Source: Klebsormidium nitens (taxonomy: Eukaryota > Plantae > Klebsormidiophyceae). Taken from it: 43,476 nucleotides of DNA. The stretch's first letter is position 1, and each line of letters starts with the position of its first letter. The stretch is from contig DF237657.1 of the NCBI GenBank assembly GCA_000708835.1, forward strand, positions 1-43,476, written 5' to 3'. The translations under genes were made by a program, and so were the position numbers. Shown here piece by piece: positions 10,469 to 22,509 of the stretch. The notes beneath the pieces are model-generated. The model did not search any database. It saw only the letters and a program-made list of their open reading frames with translations, and was not told the DNA's origin.

Positions 10469-13177
10469 GTTATTACCATTTTCATCGAAAGTGTCGATGC
10501 TCTTGAGCCGTCGATTACATATAGGTACTTATTACCGTTTTCGCCCAAAACGTCGCCCGAACCGGGCGCTTCTCAGGCGATAATACGATAATAATGCCGG
10601 AGTTTAACACCGGCTATCCGCGAACCGCCGGGTTATGACGCCCGGTATTGCAGATACTTCTCTAGGCGCCGCCCGGCTATACTCTGCCGGCCGGACGCCC
10701 CCTTCCAGCAGATCGAAAAGTACGGGCCATCCTGAGGCACTGGAGGTTATTGACATGGTTATAGTTTGCTGCACCGGTGGTCCGATGGCATCCTGGGTGG
10801 TTATTGGGTTGCACTCTCGGGACCCCGAAATGGTTACTTACAAGATATAACCAGCTTGTCTTTGCAGATGTCATGGACGAGAAAATTAACCACGTTTTTT
10901 TCGGGTTAGGACCGACGTCGGGTTATACACCATGCGTCCTCATAACCGAAATATCATGGGTTATGTGCACAACAGGGTGCCCTTTTGGCCATTTTATGCA
11001 CCTTTTCGCTCCGTCCTAAACTTGCCACGATTTCCCTTTTGGCTTACTTTTCTGGTTTTAGGGCAGCGTTTAGGATTCCCTTTTGGTCACAAAAGGTGCT
11101 AAAGGGACGATGGTTTGGGACACTATCTTAATACTCCCTGCTTTTCAAGGTTCCCGTTTGGCCACCAAGAGGTGCTAAAGGGCGCCTAGAACCCTAAATT
11201 TCTAAAGCCTAAATTTCAGGCGGTTTCAAACCTATCAATCGCCTGGAAGCGGTGAATGATGGCGCGCGCTAAGAAAATGAGACATGACGCGCCACTCGTG
11301 AAAGCTGCACGCTCTGGAGATGCCGAGACCTGCAGACAGCTGCTGGAGGAGCATGCAGATGTAGAGGGAGTTCACCGGGCAATCTGGGTGGGTGCAAACA
11401 ATGGACATACCGAGGTCTGCAGGCTGCTTCTGGAAAAAGCAGACGCACCGCTCGTACTCATTGATGGTGCTAGGAATGGGCACACAGATGTCTGCAGGCT
11501 GCTCCTGCAGAATGGAGCGTCCGTGGACACAGTGGATTATGATGATAGTACGGCGCTCATTGTTGGTGCAAGCAGAGGGCACACCGAGGTCTGCAGGCTT
11601 CTGCTGGAGAAGGGAGCGTCTGTGGACGCAGCCAACGAGGATGGAAGGACGGCGCTCTGGGAAGCTGCAAGCNNNNNNNNNNNNNNNNNNNNNNNNNNNN
11701 NNNNNNNNNNNNNNNNNNNNNNNNNNNNNNNNNNNNNNNNNNNNNNNNNNNNNNNNNNNNNNNNNNNNNNNNNNNNNNNNNNNNNNNNNNNNNNNNNNNN
11801 NNNNNNNNNNNNNNNNNNNNNNNNNNNNNNNNNNNNNNNNNNNNNNNNNNNNNNNNNNNNNNNNNNNNNNNNNNNNNNNNNNNNNNNNNNNNNNNNNNNN
11901 NNNNNNNNNNNNNNNNNNNNNNNNNNNNNNNNNNNNNNNNNNNNNNNNNNNNNNNNNNNNNNNNNNNNNNNNNNNNNNNNNNNNNNNNNNNNNNNNNNNN
12001 NNNNNNNNNNNNNNNNNNNNNNNNNNNNNNNNNNNNNNNNNNNNNNNNNNNNNNNNNNNNNNNNNNNNNNNNNNNNNNNNNNNNNNNNNNNNNNNNNNNN
12101 NNNNNNNNNNNNNNNGGGCCGTTCGAAAACACTGAGGTCTGCAGGCTGCTGCTGGAGAGAGGAGCATCTGTGGATGCAGTGGGGCAGGACGGAGGGACAG
12201 CGCTGTGGGAAGCTGCGAGCAGTGGGAACATCGGAATCTGCAGGCTGCTGCTGGAGAAAGGAGCATCTGTGGATGCAGTGGGACAGGACGGAAGAACAGC
12301 GCTGTGGGAAGCTGCGAGCAAAGGGTACATCCGGATCTGCAGGCTGCTGCTGGAGAAGGGAGCATCTGTGAAGGTAGCGGATGAAGACGGGCAGACACCA
12401 TTAGTGGCAGCTGCAGAAGAAGGCCATCTTGACATATTTGAGTTGTTGATGACCAGAGGTGCAGACACCAACTCTGTTCGCATGGGCATCGTCCCTGTTC
12501 TTTGGGACCAGCTTTGTCAGGCCAGGGATGAGCTCCGGGAATGGCGAGCGATACCCTCACAATTGCGAGAAACGATGGTAGAATTTGCAGAGGCAGGAAC
12601 CAAATATCAGAGTGAAAATCCTTGCAAACGGCCCCGCACCGCAGAATCCTGACGAGCAACATCACCAATAAAAACATTACCATGTTCACGTTGGTTTCTG
12701 GTTCAATCCTCTTGCTCCATGAAATTCACGTCATGTGCTAGATGCATTGTGAGATGCTGTTTTGTTTGTGCACCATCATGTTGCCAGCGCTGTTCTGTTG
12801 ACCATATGACACAAGAACCCATAACCGTTCTGACAAAAGTCATAAATATGGAACATGGAACGGTCACCGGGAGCGCAAATCATGATCCTTACTGGTTGCT
12901 TGCATGGTGCATGGCGCTTCCAGTCATGTAATCTTGCAAAAGTATCATGTACCTAAAATCACTTCGTTATGTACATATCTGGATATCCTGGCGTTGCGGA
13001 AGGATGTTCCGGGCAGCGTTCACGTCTCGTTTCACCGTCATGCCATTACAGCCATTGTTTCGGCGGTGGAATTATATGTGGTATATTATATGTTGCTGCA
13101 ATATATGAGCGTCTCTATACGAAATTTTTCACCAACCGGCGGTTTGGCGCGACACTTTCGATGAAAATGGTAATAAT
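10469..13177. other. Segment bounded by inverted copies of a ~30-bp motif and carrying the ankyrin gene (possible non-autonomous element)
   Basis: Identical 27-mer TTATTACCATTTTCATCGAAAGTGTCG at 10470-10496 (+) and 13150-13176 (-); a variant copy at 10528-10558; no target-site duplication seen. Confidence 0.45.
11256..12652 (+). CDS. Ankyrin-repeat protein (99-bp tandem repeats; gap 11673-12115)
   Basis: Repeated DGRTALWEAASxGHxEVCRLLLEKGASVDA units on both sides of the gap. Confidence 0.9.
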
Positions 13178-13181
13178 CAGT

Positions 13182-14190
13182 ATGATGATCAATGTGGAAG
13201 AGGTGAGAGTTACTCGCATCCCCACTGGAAGCGACGGGTTAAGAAAACGACCGTTAGCACTAGACTTGTTTTGCGGAGGTGGTGGAGCGGCCATGGGACT
13301 CTTTACAGCTGGATTTGATGTCCTGGGCTATGATACCAAAGAATAGTGTATATCCGTTTGACTCTGTCAACGAGTGCGCAATGACGGCAGACGTCTCCAA
13401 GGCGGACTTCATCTGGGCATCTCCACCATGCCAACAATTTAGTAGTATCATTCCCACAGCGTACCGTGAAAAATATGGCCACATGTGGCATCATCAGAAC
13501 CTCATAACCCCAATTCGAGAAAAATTGGCACTCAGTGGGAAACTCTACGTGATAGAGAACGTGCAAAACGAGCTGCGAGAACCTGCGATGCTCTGTGGGA
13601 CCATGTTTCAGAACATGAAGGTGTTCAGACAAGTTTGGTCTACACGTAGACCGGAAGTGCAACCACACAGGTAAGAGTCTCGGAAGTCGTTCTCCAATAT
13701 CCCAATCGGTCACAAAGCAGCCCATGGATATCGTCGAAACCGATTCCGGATCGATGGAAGTCCATATAAACCCCGGAGAGTGGAGATGCGAGTACACTAC
13801 CAGGAAAAGTGGAGAATCATCTGGGACAACGGATGCATATTACTTTTCAGCAAGTGGTGTGAGATTCCGATCCATCCGTGAAATCGAGAGATCTGTCAAG
13901 TGCAAGGTGACAGTCTTTGAAGCAGGCCGGTCTCCTCGAACATCTCAAATGTACAAGAGACGCCCTCAAATCGAACAGCAAAATAAAGCTACTGAAATGT
14001 TTCCTATGTACGGGACACCGGGACGAGTACGGGGGACCGTGCAGGAGTGGTCTGATGCAATGCAAATAGATTGGACACAGTCCGGTAAGACGTTCGCTCA
14101 AGCAATACCACCAGCCTATTCTGAATACATAGGACGACAAGCTCTGGAGCAACTAGGCTACGTACTAGATTACACCCCCCCCCCCCTAAT
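13182..14190 (+). pseudogene. C5-cytosine DNA methyltransferase with an inserted MBD domain (about 13769-13897); two frameshifts (about 13340 and 13630)
   Basis: Motif I LDLFCGGGG, motif IV ASPPCQ, motif VI YVIENV, then MBD PGEWRCEYTTRKSGESSGTTDAYYFSASGVRFRSIREI, then AMQIDW...AQAIPPAYSEYIGRQ (motifs IX-X of the short phage-type family). The 3' end is uncertain because of a C12 run. Confidence 0.85.
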
Positions 14191-14949
14191 TCTATTGAAG
14201 TATCTACACTACTTCACTCAACATCTCCACTTCAATGTCAAGCTCCCCTTTCCCCGGCTTCTCAACAGTCCTCCTTTGCCACTCCCGGGCCACCTTTTCG
14301 ACTTCGACGATCTCGACGGTTTCTGCAAAGGTTACAACCACTGCAAGGACACACCAATGTCAGCACGGTACAATTGGGAAAAACGAGGAATAGCACAGGC
14401 GAAGAATAGTGCGTGCTCATCATTCGTTCAAAGGAAGTATCTGAAGGCTCCCTTACCTCGGCAGAAACCTGCTTGCGCACCAATATTCTGCCTCAGCTTT
14501 TTCCAACTGTTCACAGTCGTGAATCTCGGTCGCGGCTCTACCCCGGACCAGCACTCTGGGTCGATGTCAATCCTCAAGTCCTTCCCTACTTGTCTGGCTC
14601 GCGGTACTCGATACAATTGTGTGACATGGACGGAGACCGCCCCTGCAAGATGTAAATATAAGCTTGAAAAAGGTCGATACATAAGATTGCGCATGCAACT
14701 GGAGACAATGCTCATGCCAGGTCATTTCGAGCATGTCCGCAGAACGGGCAGAGAGCTCACCTGCATCTCCAGGAGCCTCTGGCGTCTCACCCTCTGCCGG
14801 CTCACCCCCTTCTCCCGTTCTGCAAGGGTTCCTACCTGAAAAAAAATGGAACGGTGTGAATGCGAGACCATCGATCAGTCAAAACCGGACGTTATGAAGC
14901 TCACAGAACAACCACTTTCGACCAACCAACCAATAACGGAACCGTTTAC

Positions 14950-17900
14950 TCACTCACTCGCAGTGATGCTTGTAGGCAGTGGTGCCTCCGTTCCGTTCTT
15001 GTTCAGGACTCGGATCGATTCCTTCCACTTCTTCGAACTCTCCCGGCCAACATGCGTCTCGAACTCGTAGGGTAAAAAAAGTTTCCTCCCACCTACATAC
15101 AGCATTCGGAAATTCAATACCGTGTTTTGCAGCGATAATTCGATTAGATAGCTGGACAGAGTGAAGACCATTTGCAATCGCTGAGAGAACATTCCAACTC
15201 CACAAGAAACTTACCGCATTCTCGACAGTTGCAGATGACCAAAGGAGTCACATTTGGGTCCTGCTTGTCGAAGTACATCCGGCCAGTCTTTGCTTCCCGC
15301 GTGCTCGGCTGGGATGCTGATGACGGATGGCAGATCACGTCTAGCCGAGTCATGCACTCGATGTGGGAACTGCAAAAAGGCATTTAAAGATTAATAGCGG
15401 CTCCTTTGCACCTTTGCGCATTCGCGCGATCAGATCTCTCGTTTGTTTGACATTTGAATACAGATTGAAAGACCGCATATCAGCTCTTACCGAGATTTTG
15501 ATAGTTTGGTGGCCGAGGGCGTCCGGGGTTCTTTCGCGTGCCGCATTCTAGCAGACAGGGACGACTCCATCGTAGAGTGCAGTGCCAATAGGTCGGCAGT
15601 TGTGACGTCCTCAATGCCTGGCTCCTCTTGCTTGATTACCAGGCAACGTTTCCGATAAGGTGCCCCCTGCAACCCCCGGCCCAGCGAGTTCAGCGACTCT
15701 CCAACGTCCTCAAGTGCCTCAGCCAGCTCGAGGGACCTCTCCCGTGCCTTGGTCACACCAGGATCAACAGCGCCGCCCTCAATCTGGGCCTCAACGCCGC
15801 CCTCCTGGGTCCGTGCCAGTAGTTCCCTGACGTCGAGGGCTCTGTGAAAGAGATGCATAGCCTCCTCCTTCTGACCAAGCACACGAAGGCTACGCGCTAG
15901 GTTTGCCGCTGCCCGCCCGGTTTCCTCGTGCTCCATCCCGAGCTCCTGTTCAGTTATCTCCAATGCTCGCCTTTGAAAAAGCTCCGCCTCCCGGTCGCGA
16001 TCCAGGTTGTACAAACAGACCCCCACGTCACTAAGTGCCAGGGCTATCTCAAGATCACAAGGCCCTTTCCTCACCCCAACCTCCTTCAAAACCTTCTCAT
16101 AACACCCCAAAGCCTCCTCGAACCTCCCCTGCTTAAGTAGTGCATCACCCTCATTCTCCTGTTCCTCACCCTCGGTCTCTCGATCCTCCCGATCCTGCAT
16201 AGGTTGGACATATTGTCATGTCGTGCAGACCGTGAGTAGTTCAAGAGAAAGCGAGCGATGCGACTTGAGACAATCGACTCAGACGAAGTTGCAAGTTCAG
16301 GATAACGCACATCATTCAGCTTCTGTGTGCTGGTAGGAAGATTCCTCAGTACAGTCTCCCTCCAGTCTCCACCACACCCCGCATGCTCCGCAAATCCCTC
16401 AAGCGACACAGCAGCATCTCTTCCACCTGCAGGAAGACAGAAAAGCCGTTTCACGAAAAGGGTTGATCCGTGTGCCTCACCCTGACTGACCCAATCGACA
16501 GATGAAAGTTTGCACCAAATGGGTCGACGGAACCAACGGGGCTGGGGTTGCTCACCGCAATCGCCACACACACATCGTATTTTGGGAGCGTTGTCCGCGC
16601 GCTTCCGCTTCCCCTTCGCCCGCACCTTTGCTTCGGCCTTCTTGAAGAGCACCCCCCAGGTTTTCTTACAGATCACATCGCACGAGGTGTGACCCTCCTC
16701 CACTGGTTCCAGTCTACGGCAAATCTCGTCAGCCAACGTGACCGCGTTGTCGTCCACGTCCAGGTCCTCGACCGCGGCTGGTTTCACCAGATTCAGCTCG
16801 CTGCGTGCTTCGCTGAGCGCTTCTTCCAGAGTTTGCCTGCGAGCCTCGGATGTCAGCCCAAACGCCTTCATAGCAAGAGTGTTTGCGAGGTTGTAATGAT
16901 CGTTCTCGCCTACCAGGGATAGTCTCTCCTTCTCTTGCAAGCTCGACCGAAATGGGGCTTCAGCTGCAAAGAACCGCCCCTGGTTGAAGAGAGCCAACCC
17001 GAGGTCTGTGTAGCGGTCAGCCAGCTCCGCACAAGGGGACGAAGGCAACAGTAGGAAGATGGCGTCCCTGTACCCCAGTTCTGCAGCCGCATACTCTCCT
17101 GCATCATATAGTGTTTCTGAGTCCGTCTCGAGGCTCCTCAAAAGTTTGGCAGTGGGGCTAAGCTGGGAGGGTGCTGGGGCGTCAGCAGGGACTGGGCCGC
17201 GGTCAGGGCTTTGGGTCGGAGGACTCGGGGCCGAGGGCGGTGATGGGGAATCCGCTTGGGCAACCCGCTCGCGAAGCCTAAGGCTCCTCTTGAGAGTGGG
17301 GCTAGGCTGGGAGGGACATGGGGCAACCCGATCTAGAGTGGGGTTGGGCTGAGAGGGGTCTGGGGCGTCGGGGACTGGTCCACGGTCAGGGAGGGGGGAA
17401 GCGGCTTTGGTAACCCGCTCTATAGTGGGGCTAGGCTGGGAGGGGCCTGGGGTCAGGGTTTCTGGGTTTGGGGTGTCGAGTGGGACCACGCCTGGGGCAG
17501 GGCTAAGAGCCTGAGAGATGGGCGGTGGGGGTGGCGGCAATGGGGGCTGGGGTTGGGCCTGATTGCGAAAACGACGCCAAGCCCGTTGAACTATGCTGGC
17601 AGCCCGCGCCCTTGCCCCGGCCCTCGCCCTGGCCTCGAACGGAGAGAGAAAAGGGGGTGGCAGTTGGCCCGGACGTGAAGCAGGCGGAAACAGCCTGTTT
17701 CTCTCTATCAGCATCAACCCGGGCGGGATAGGTACCGCTTCGAATTCCGCAAACGATGTGCCATATGGCACACCGTACGTCTCCCGTAGGAGGCGCTCCT
17801 TGACAAAGTAGCAGCAGTAGACGAGGCATTCTTTTCCCTCCGACTGGTGGCAGGTCGTCGCTGAGACCACCTTGCAGCCGAACCTCTTCTCTATCCACGT

Positions 17901-20223
17901 AAGCACAGCGGTATCCACACCACAGCTGTCAAAATACTCGGCCGTGTTGGTCTCTCGATCGATGAGCAGAAAAGTAAAGTGATTCGGCTTTGTTGCTGTC
18001 GGGACGTCTTTGACATGAAACCACCCCCCCGTGAAGCGTCGCCCTTTTGCCTCCGCGCTCGAGATCTGTCTTGCTAAGGTGTGGGCAGACACGTCGATCA
18101 GGGGGTAGAAAGAGGGAAAACTGGCTTCTAACAGCTGTAAGAACGGGAGCAGATGATTGTAACCATCCAAATACCCGTTGATATCCTTCTCCTCGTCAGG
18201 ATGCTCTATCCGGAAGGAAATCAATTTGTGCTCCCACTTGTTTTGCCACTCATCGTATGTGAGCAGCGGTACTGGCTGTGCAGGGGGCGGCTGAACGGAC
18301 TGCCCGGGTGGGCCCGCCTCGGCCGGCGCGTCCTCTTGGGGCAACGGGGCAGGTTGGAGAGGGGGCGGCTCGGTCGGTTCGTCCTCTCGGGGCAGCAAGG
18401 CGGGTTGGGCGGGGGGCTCGGCTGGCGCGTCCTCCGGGGCAGGTTGGGCAGGGGGGGCTTCGACGGACGGCTCGGGTGCCTCCCCCTTGGCCGGCTGGTC
18501 CTCTCGGGGCAGTGGGGCAGGGGGCTCCTTCCGCGCTCTGGCCTCCGCAGCCAACCTCTCCCGCTCGGCCTCTGCTGCTTGCTCCCTGGCCTCCGCAGCC
18601 AACCTCTCCCGCTCGGCCTCTGCTGCTTCGCTCCCTGGCCTCCGCAGACCTAACCTCCTCCGCGTCGGCCGTCCGTCTCGTCGTCTCGTACTACGTACCT
18701 CCGTCGGTCCACGACAACGTCCTTAACCGTTCCTACCGCGTCNNNNNNNNNNNNNNNNNNNNNNNNNNNNNNNNNNNNNNNNNNNNNNNNNNNNNNNNNN
18801 NNNNNNNNNNNNNNNNNNNNNNNNNNNNNNNNNNNNNNNNNNNNNNCGTCCTCCGCTCGCTCGCGTCCCTCCGGCCGTCCCCGTCCACGTCCGACCCTAC
18901 GTCCCGCCTCGGTCCGACTCTGCTGCTCGCTCCCTGGCCTCCGCAGCCAACCTCTCCCGCTCCATCTCTGCTGCTCCGCGACAAATGCAAAAAGTAAATG
19001 GTCGTAAGCAGGCGAGAATTGACTGTCTAGTTTTAGACATGTAAACTCATGTTTGTTGCTGCGAGTGTCCAAATTTATGTACTGGCCAGATGCATGTGAG
19101 GGGCCTCTGCAGCAAAGAAAGGTCTGGGTATGAGTCTGCACCTGGCGTAGTGCGGAGCTCCTGGACAGGCTGCCCGGGTACATCCACCTCAGCCGGCTCG
19201 TCCTCTCTGAGGAGCTGGGCGGGTTTGACAGGGGGGACAGGCTGCCGGGGTAGGTCCACCTCAACCGCAACTGGGATGAAGCGAGAAAAGTCTTCAGAAG
19301 CTATTCGCTTTGTTAGAGGGACTGCTCTCAACACAAGGAATCTGATGTATGAGTACAGTGAATGAGGTCTACCTGTGAGATTGGTTTTAGGTGAACTCAT
19401 GTTTGTTGCTTTGAGTGTGCAAACGTCTGCACTAACCAGAGGTGCAAGTAACAAACAGTGGCTTGGCCTCTTCTACAGCACCATCCCTCCAGAGAAATCC
19501 TACACTAACGGATGTGCCTTCCTTGTGCCTTTCCCCTTGCTTTGAGAACATAAGACCATGTAACACTGAAGTGATGGGGCCTCTGCAGAAAGAAAGGTCT
19601 GGTGGTAAGTCTGCACCTGACGCAGTGCGGGAAGGGGCGGACGCTGGACCTGCTCCTGCAACCTCAGCTTCCTCCTGGCTTGGCCCTGGTCCCGAGGAAA
19701 GATGTGCCTTCTTCAGATACTTATCCACAGACTCATCCAAGCACTTTTTCGCACGTGCCATTTCCGCGGCCTCTTCTGCCAGTGTGTTCAACTCTTCAGC
19801 CGATGCCTGCTGAAGTCTACGTCTCTGAGCTTCCCTATTTTCAGCATCCCACTCGGCCTTTCTCTTGACCCCTTTCCTCGCCTCTTCCCGTGACAAACAT
19901 GTCATAAACTGCTGATGCACCCAAATTGCTATATCTCTCTGCTCTCCTCTGCTAGCAGCTATAGAAGAACGTAATAGACCTTTGAAGGCATCCTTCGTCA
20001 TGACCACTCCTCCACTTGGAGCGGTCAAATAGTCAACCCCTATTACCAAAAGCAGCCCCGCACGTAGACTTTCCAAGGAACTCTTTATGCTTGGCTCCCC
20101 CCGCTTCAAAAGCGAAAACAAAGCTTTGTCGACTTTCACCGGATGAGAATCAGCAGATCGTGCGTAGCCTTCTAGAAGACCCATCTTCTCCTCCATTGTC
20201 ATAGTATTTTCAGTTGGTGCCAT
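14950..20223 (-). CDS. Large multi-exon protein: AntA-like N-domain, Ala/Glu and Pro repeats, CE-clan (Ulp1/adenain-like) cysteine protease, IQ-like motif, TPR, SAND, TPRs, SAND
   Basis: Phase-consistent GT-AG introns 15093-15214, 15370-15490, 16195-16310 and 16427-16555; further donors at 19141 and 19616 with less certain acceptors; catalytic NHF...YFDS...HQ...EC; the N-terminal junction crosses a gap with low-quality flanks. Confidence 0.7.
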
Positions 20224-20371
20224 GGTATACAGACGTTTCCGCCTTCGTCTCTCGCTCACACGACTCCTGTGCCCCAGAGGAGCTTTGCGACCGACCGCGC
20301 CCTCACAAGCGCAAGAGGGGTGGGAGGAGGAATCCAAAACATAGATAAGAGGGATTGTGAAAGCCTACTCG

Positions 20372-21565
20372 TTGTATACAAATCCATGCCAAATCGATGT
20401 TTTTGTAATACAAAAGCAGTCATAACCCGTTTGGTGTGACGGGCCGGCCACATTGGTGTTTGCGGTGTGGCTCGGACTGTGTGGCTCTCTGGGATACGAT
20501 TTGAAGCCATTGGTTCTGATTTTGTCGACGTGAAAGTGGCTATCCACCGATAAACCTCATTTAATCCAGTGGATTTGTATACAAATGCTCTCAGTTAGTC
20601 GATTTGAATACAATCCATGCCAAAGTGTGGCGGCCNNNNNNNNNNNNNNNNNNNNNNNNNNNNNNNNNNNNNNNNNNNNNNNNNNNNNNNNNNNNNNNNN
20701 NNNNNNNNNNNNNNNNNNNNNNNNNNNNNNNNNNNNNNNNNNNNNNNNNNNNNNNNNNNNNNNNNNNNNNNNNNNNNNNNNNNNNNNNNNNNNNNNNNNN
20801 NNNNNNNNNNNNNNNNNNNNNNNNNNNNNNNNNNNNNNNNNNNNNNNNNNNNNNNNNNNNNNNNNNNNNNNNNNNNNNNNNNNNNNNNNNNNNNNNNNNN
20901 NNNNNNNNNNNNNNNNNNNNNNNNNNNNNNNNNNNNNNNNNNNNNNNNNNNNNNNNNNNNNNNNNNNNNNNNNNNNNNNNNNNNNNNNNNNNNNNNNNNN
21001 NNNNNNNNNNNNNNNNNNNNNNNNNNNNNNNNNNNNNNNNNNNNNNNNNNNNNNNNNNNNNNNNNNNNNNNNNNNNNNNNNNNNNNNNNNNNNNNNNNNN
21101 NNNNNNNNNNNNNNNNNNNNNNNNNNNNNNNNNNNNNNNNNNNNNNNNNNNNNNNNNNNNNNNNNNNNNNNNNNNNNNNNNNNNNNNNNNNNNNNNNNNN
21201 NNNNNNNNNNNNNNNNNNNNNNNNNNNNNNNNNNNNNNNNNNNNNNNNNNNNNNNNNNNNNNNNNNNNNNNNNNNNNNNNNNNNNNNNNNNNNNNNNNNN
21301 NNNNNNNNNNNNNNNNNNNNNNNNNNNNNNNNNNNNNNNNNNNNNNNNNNNNNNNNNNNNNNNNNNNNNNNNNNNNNNNNNNNNNNNNACGGAAACGGTC
21401 GACGATGCGGAGGTGTGGGACGCGGCGGCCAGATCTGCATGCCGATAAATACGGAAACGCTCGACGACGTACCTAATACAAGAGTATATTTGTATACAAA
21501 GCCTATCCAAGCGTGGATTTGTATACAAATGCTCTCGGTTGGTCGATTTGTATACATATCCACGC
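20372..21565. repeat. Array of palindromic TTGTATACAA-core repeats flanking a 753-N gap
   Basis: Perfect ATTTGTATACAAAT at 20573 and 21517; shorter or one-mismatch copies at 20372, 21489 and 21546. Confidence 0.75.
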
Positions 21566-21703
21566 CAAAGCGGCGCAGCGGCCGGATTCGCACGACCAGA
21601 AATCCTTGGTGAGACTTCAAGTGAGAATTTGTTGGGCCCATGCTCCCGATGTAGTGAAAGCACTTGTTAGAGGAGAGGTGGACCACCCAACTTGCACGAG
21701 ACC

Positions 21704-22498
21704 ATGGCCGAGCGACGGCCAAAAGTGGAGGCTGAAGATGAGCCATCCCCACAATTGCATATCCGAGCACTCACTGAGGCTAACGATGCCAACACCATCT
21801 TCCCACAAGTAGCAAAGGGATTGGAAAGCAACACAGCCTTTCAAGAGTCAGTTAACAAGCTTCTAAGCACTTTCGGACTTCACTACAGCAACAGATGCAT
21901 TGTGAATCTGAGCCAGGAAATCCAACAAAAAAACTCAAAAACCAGAATTCAGTGGTACTGTATACCTGGTGCCAGTGCGGAGGCTCAGAACATGTGTAAG
22001 CATATGAACGACATAAAAGATGCCATGGGAAAGGGGGTGTGGACCTGGACACGCGTCCTTATCTTTGCATGTAATCTGATCCAAGCTGGAGCCGTAAATC
22101 AGGAGAGTGTGAAACCTCTATTACAGAGTTTGATCGAACTCATGCAGAAAGAAAAGGAGGTTGCACAAAGGCAGGCTGTGCCAAGGCCGAGGGCGAGAGG
22201 TCAAAAGAGACGGAAGGACGAGGACGAGGGCATGAGACAAAAGTTGGAGGACTCAAGACGAGAAACAGCAGAACTGAAAGCGGAACACGCCGCTCTAACA
22301 GAAGCATATGTGATTTCCAATGGAGTGACCCAACATTTGATCTGCGACTTGTATGCGTGGAAGACTACTGGTGAACTTCAGGGCCTCAAGTACCGAGATG
22401 CATACAAGGAGAGGGTGGCAATGTTTTCCTCAGGTGATAAGCCCTATCCCACCAGCTTGCTTGCATATGCATTCTGGTTGTACGTCTTGGATTTGTAA
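21704..22498 (+). CDS. Hypothetical protein with coiled-coil C-terminal half
   Basis: 264-aa ORF; no recognised family. Confidence 0.6.
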   Translation: MAERRPKVEAEDEPSPQLHIRALTEANDANTIFPQVAKGLESNTAFQESVNKLLSTFGLHYSNRCIVNLSQEIQQKNSKTRIQWYCIPGASAEAQNMCKHMNDIKDAMGKGVWTWTRVLIFACNLIQAGAVNQESVKPLLQSLIELMQKEKEVAQRQAVPRPRARGQKRRKDEDEGMRQKLEDSRRETAELKAEHAALTEAYVISNGVTQHLICDLYAWKTTGELQGLKYRDAYKERVAMFSSGDKPYPTSLLAYAFWLYVLDL

Positions 22499-22509
22499 AG
22501 TGGGTGTTT

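Noticed and set aside
11050-11225. Telomere-like TTTTAGGG / CCCTAAA words
   Set aside because: They are isolated and degenerate, not a tandem tract.
12660-13180. Possible decayed minus-strand gene read through the ITIFIESVAP motif
   Set aside because: Stop density is about what random sequence gives, and no family is recognisable.
14190-14839. C-terminal 215 aa of ORF 13724-14839
   Set aside because: It follows a C12 homopolymer after MTase motif X, so the frame is unreliable, and the translation has no recognisable content.
18660-18910. Strange CGT/ACGT-rich sequence flanking the gap, with an in-frame stop in the big gene
   Set aside because: It looks like dephased, low-quality read ends next to Ns inside a tandem coding repeat, so it is not treated as biological. 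The stretch 21389-21480 is similarly suspect.
20557-21770. Long ORFs spanning N runs (also 2974-3529 and 11235-12689 antisense)
   Set aside because: These are artefacts of translating gaps.
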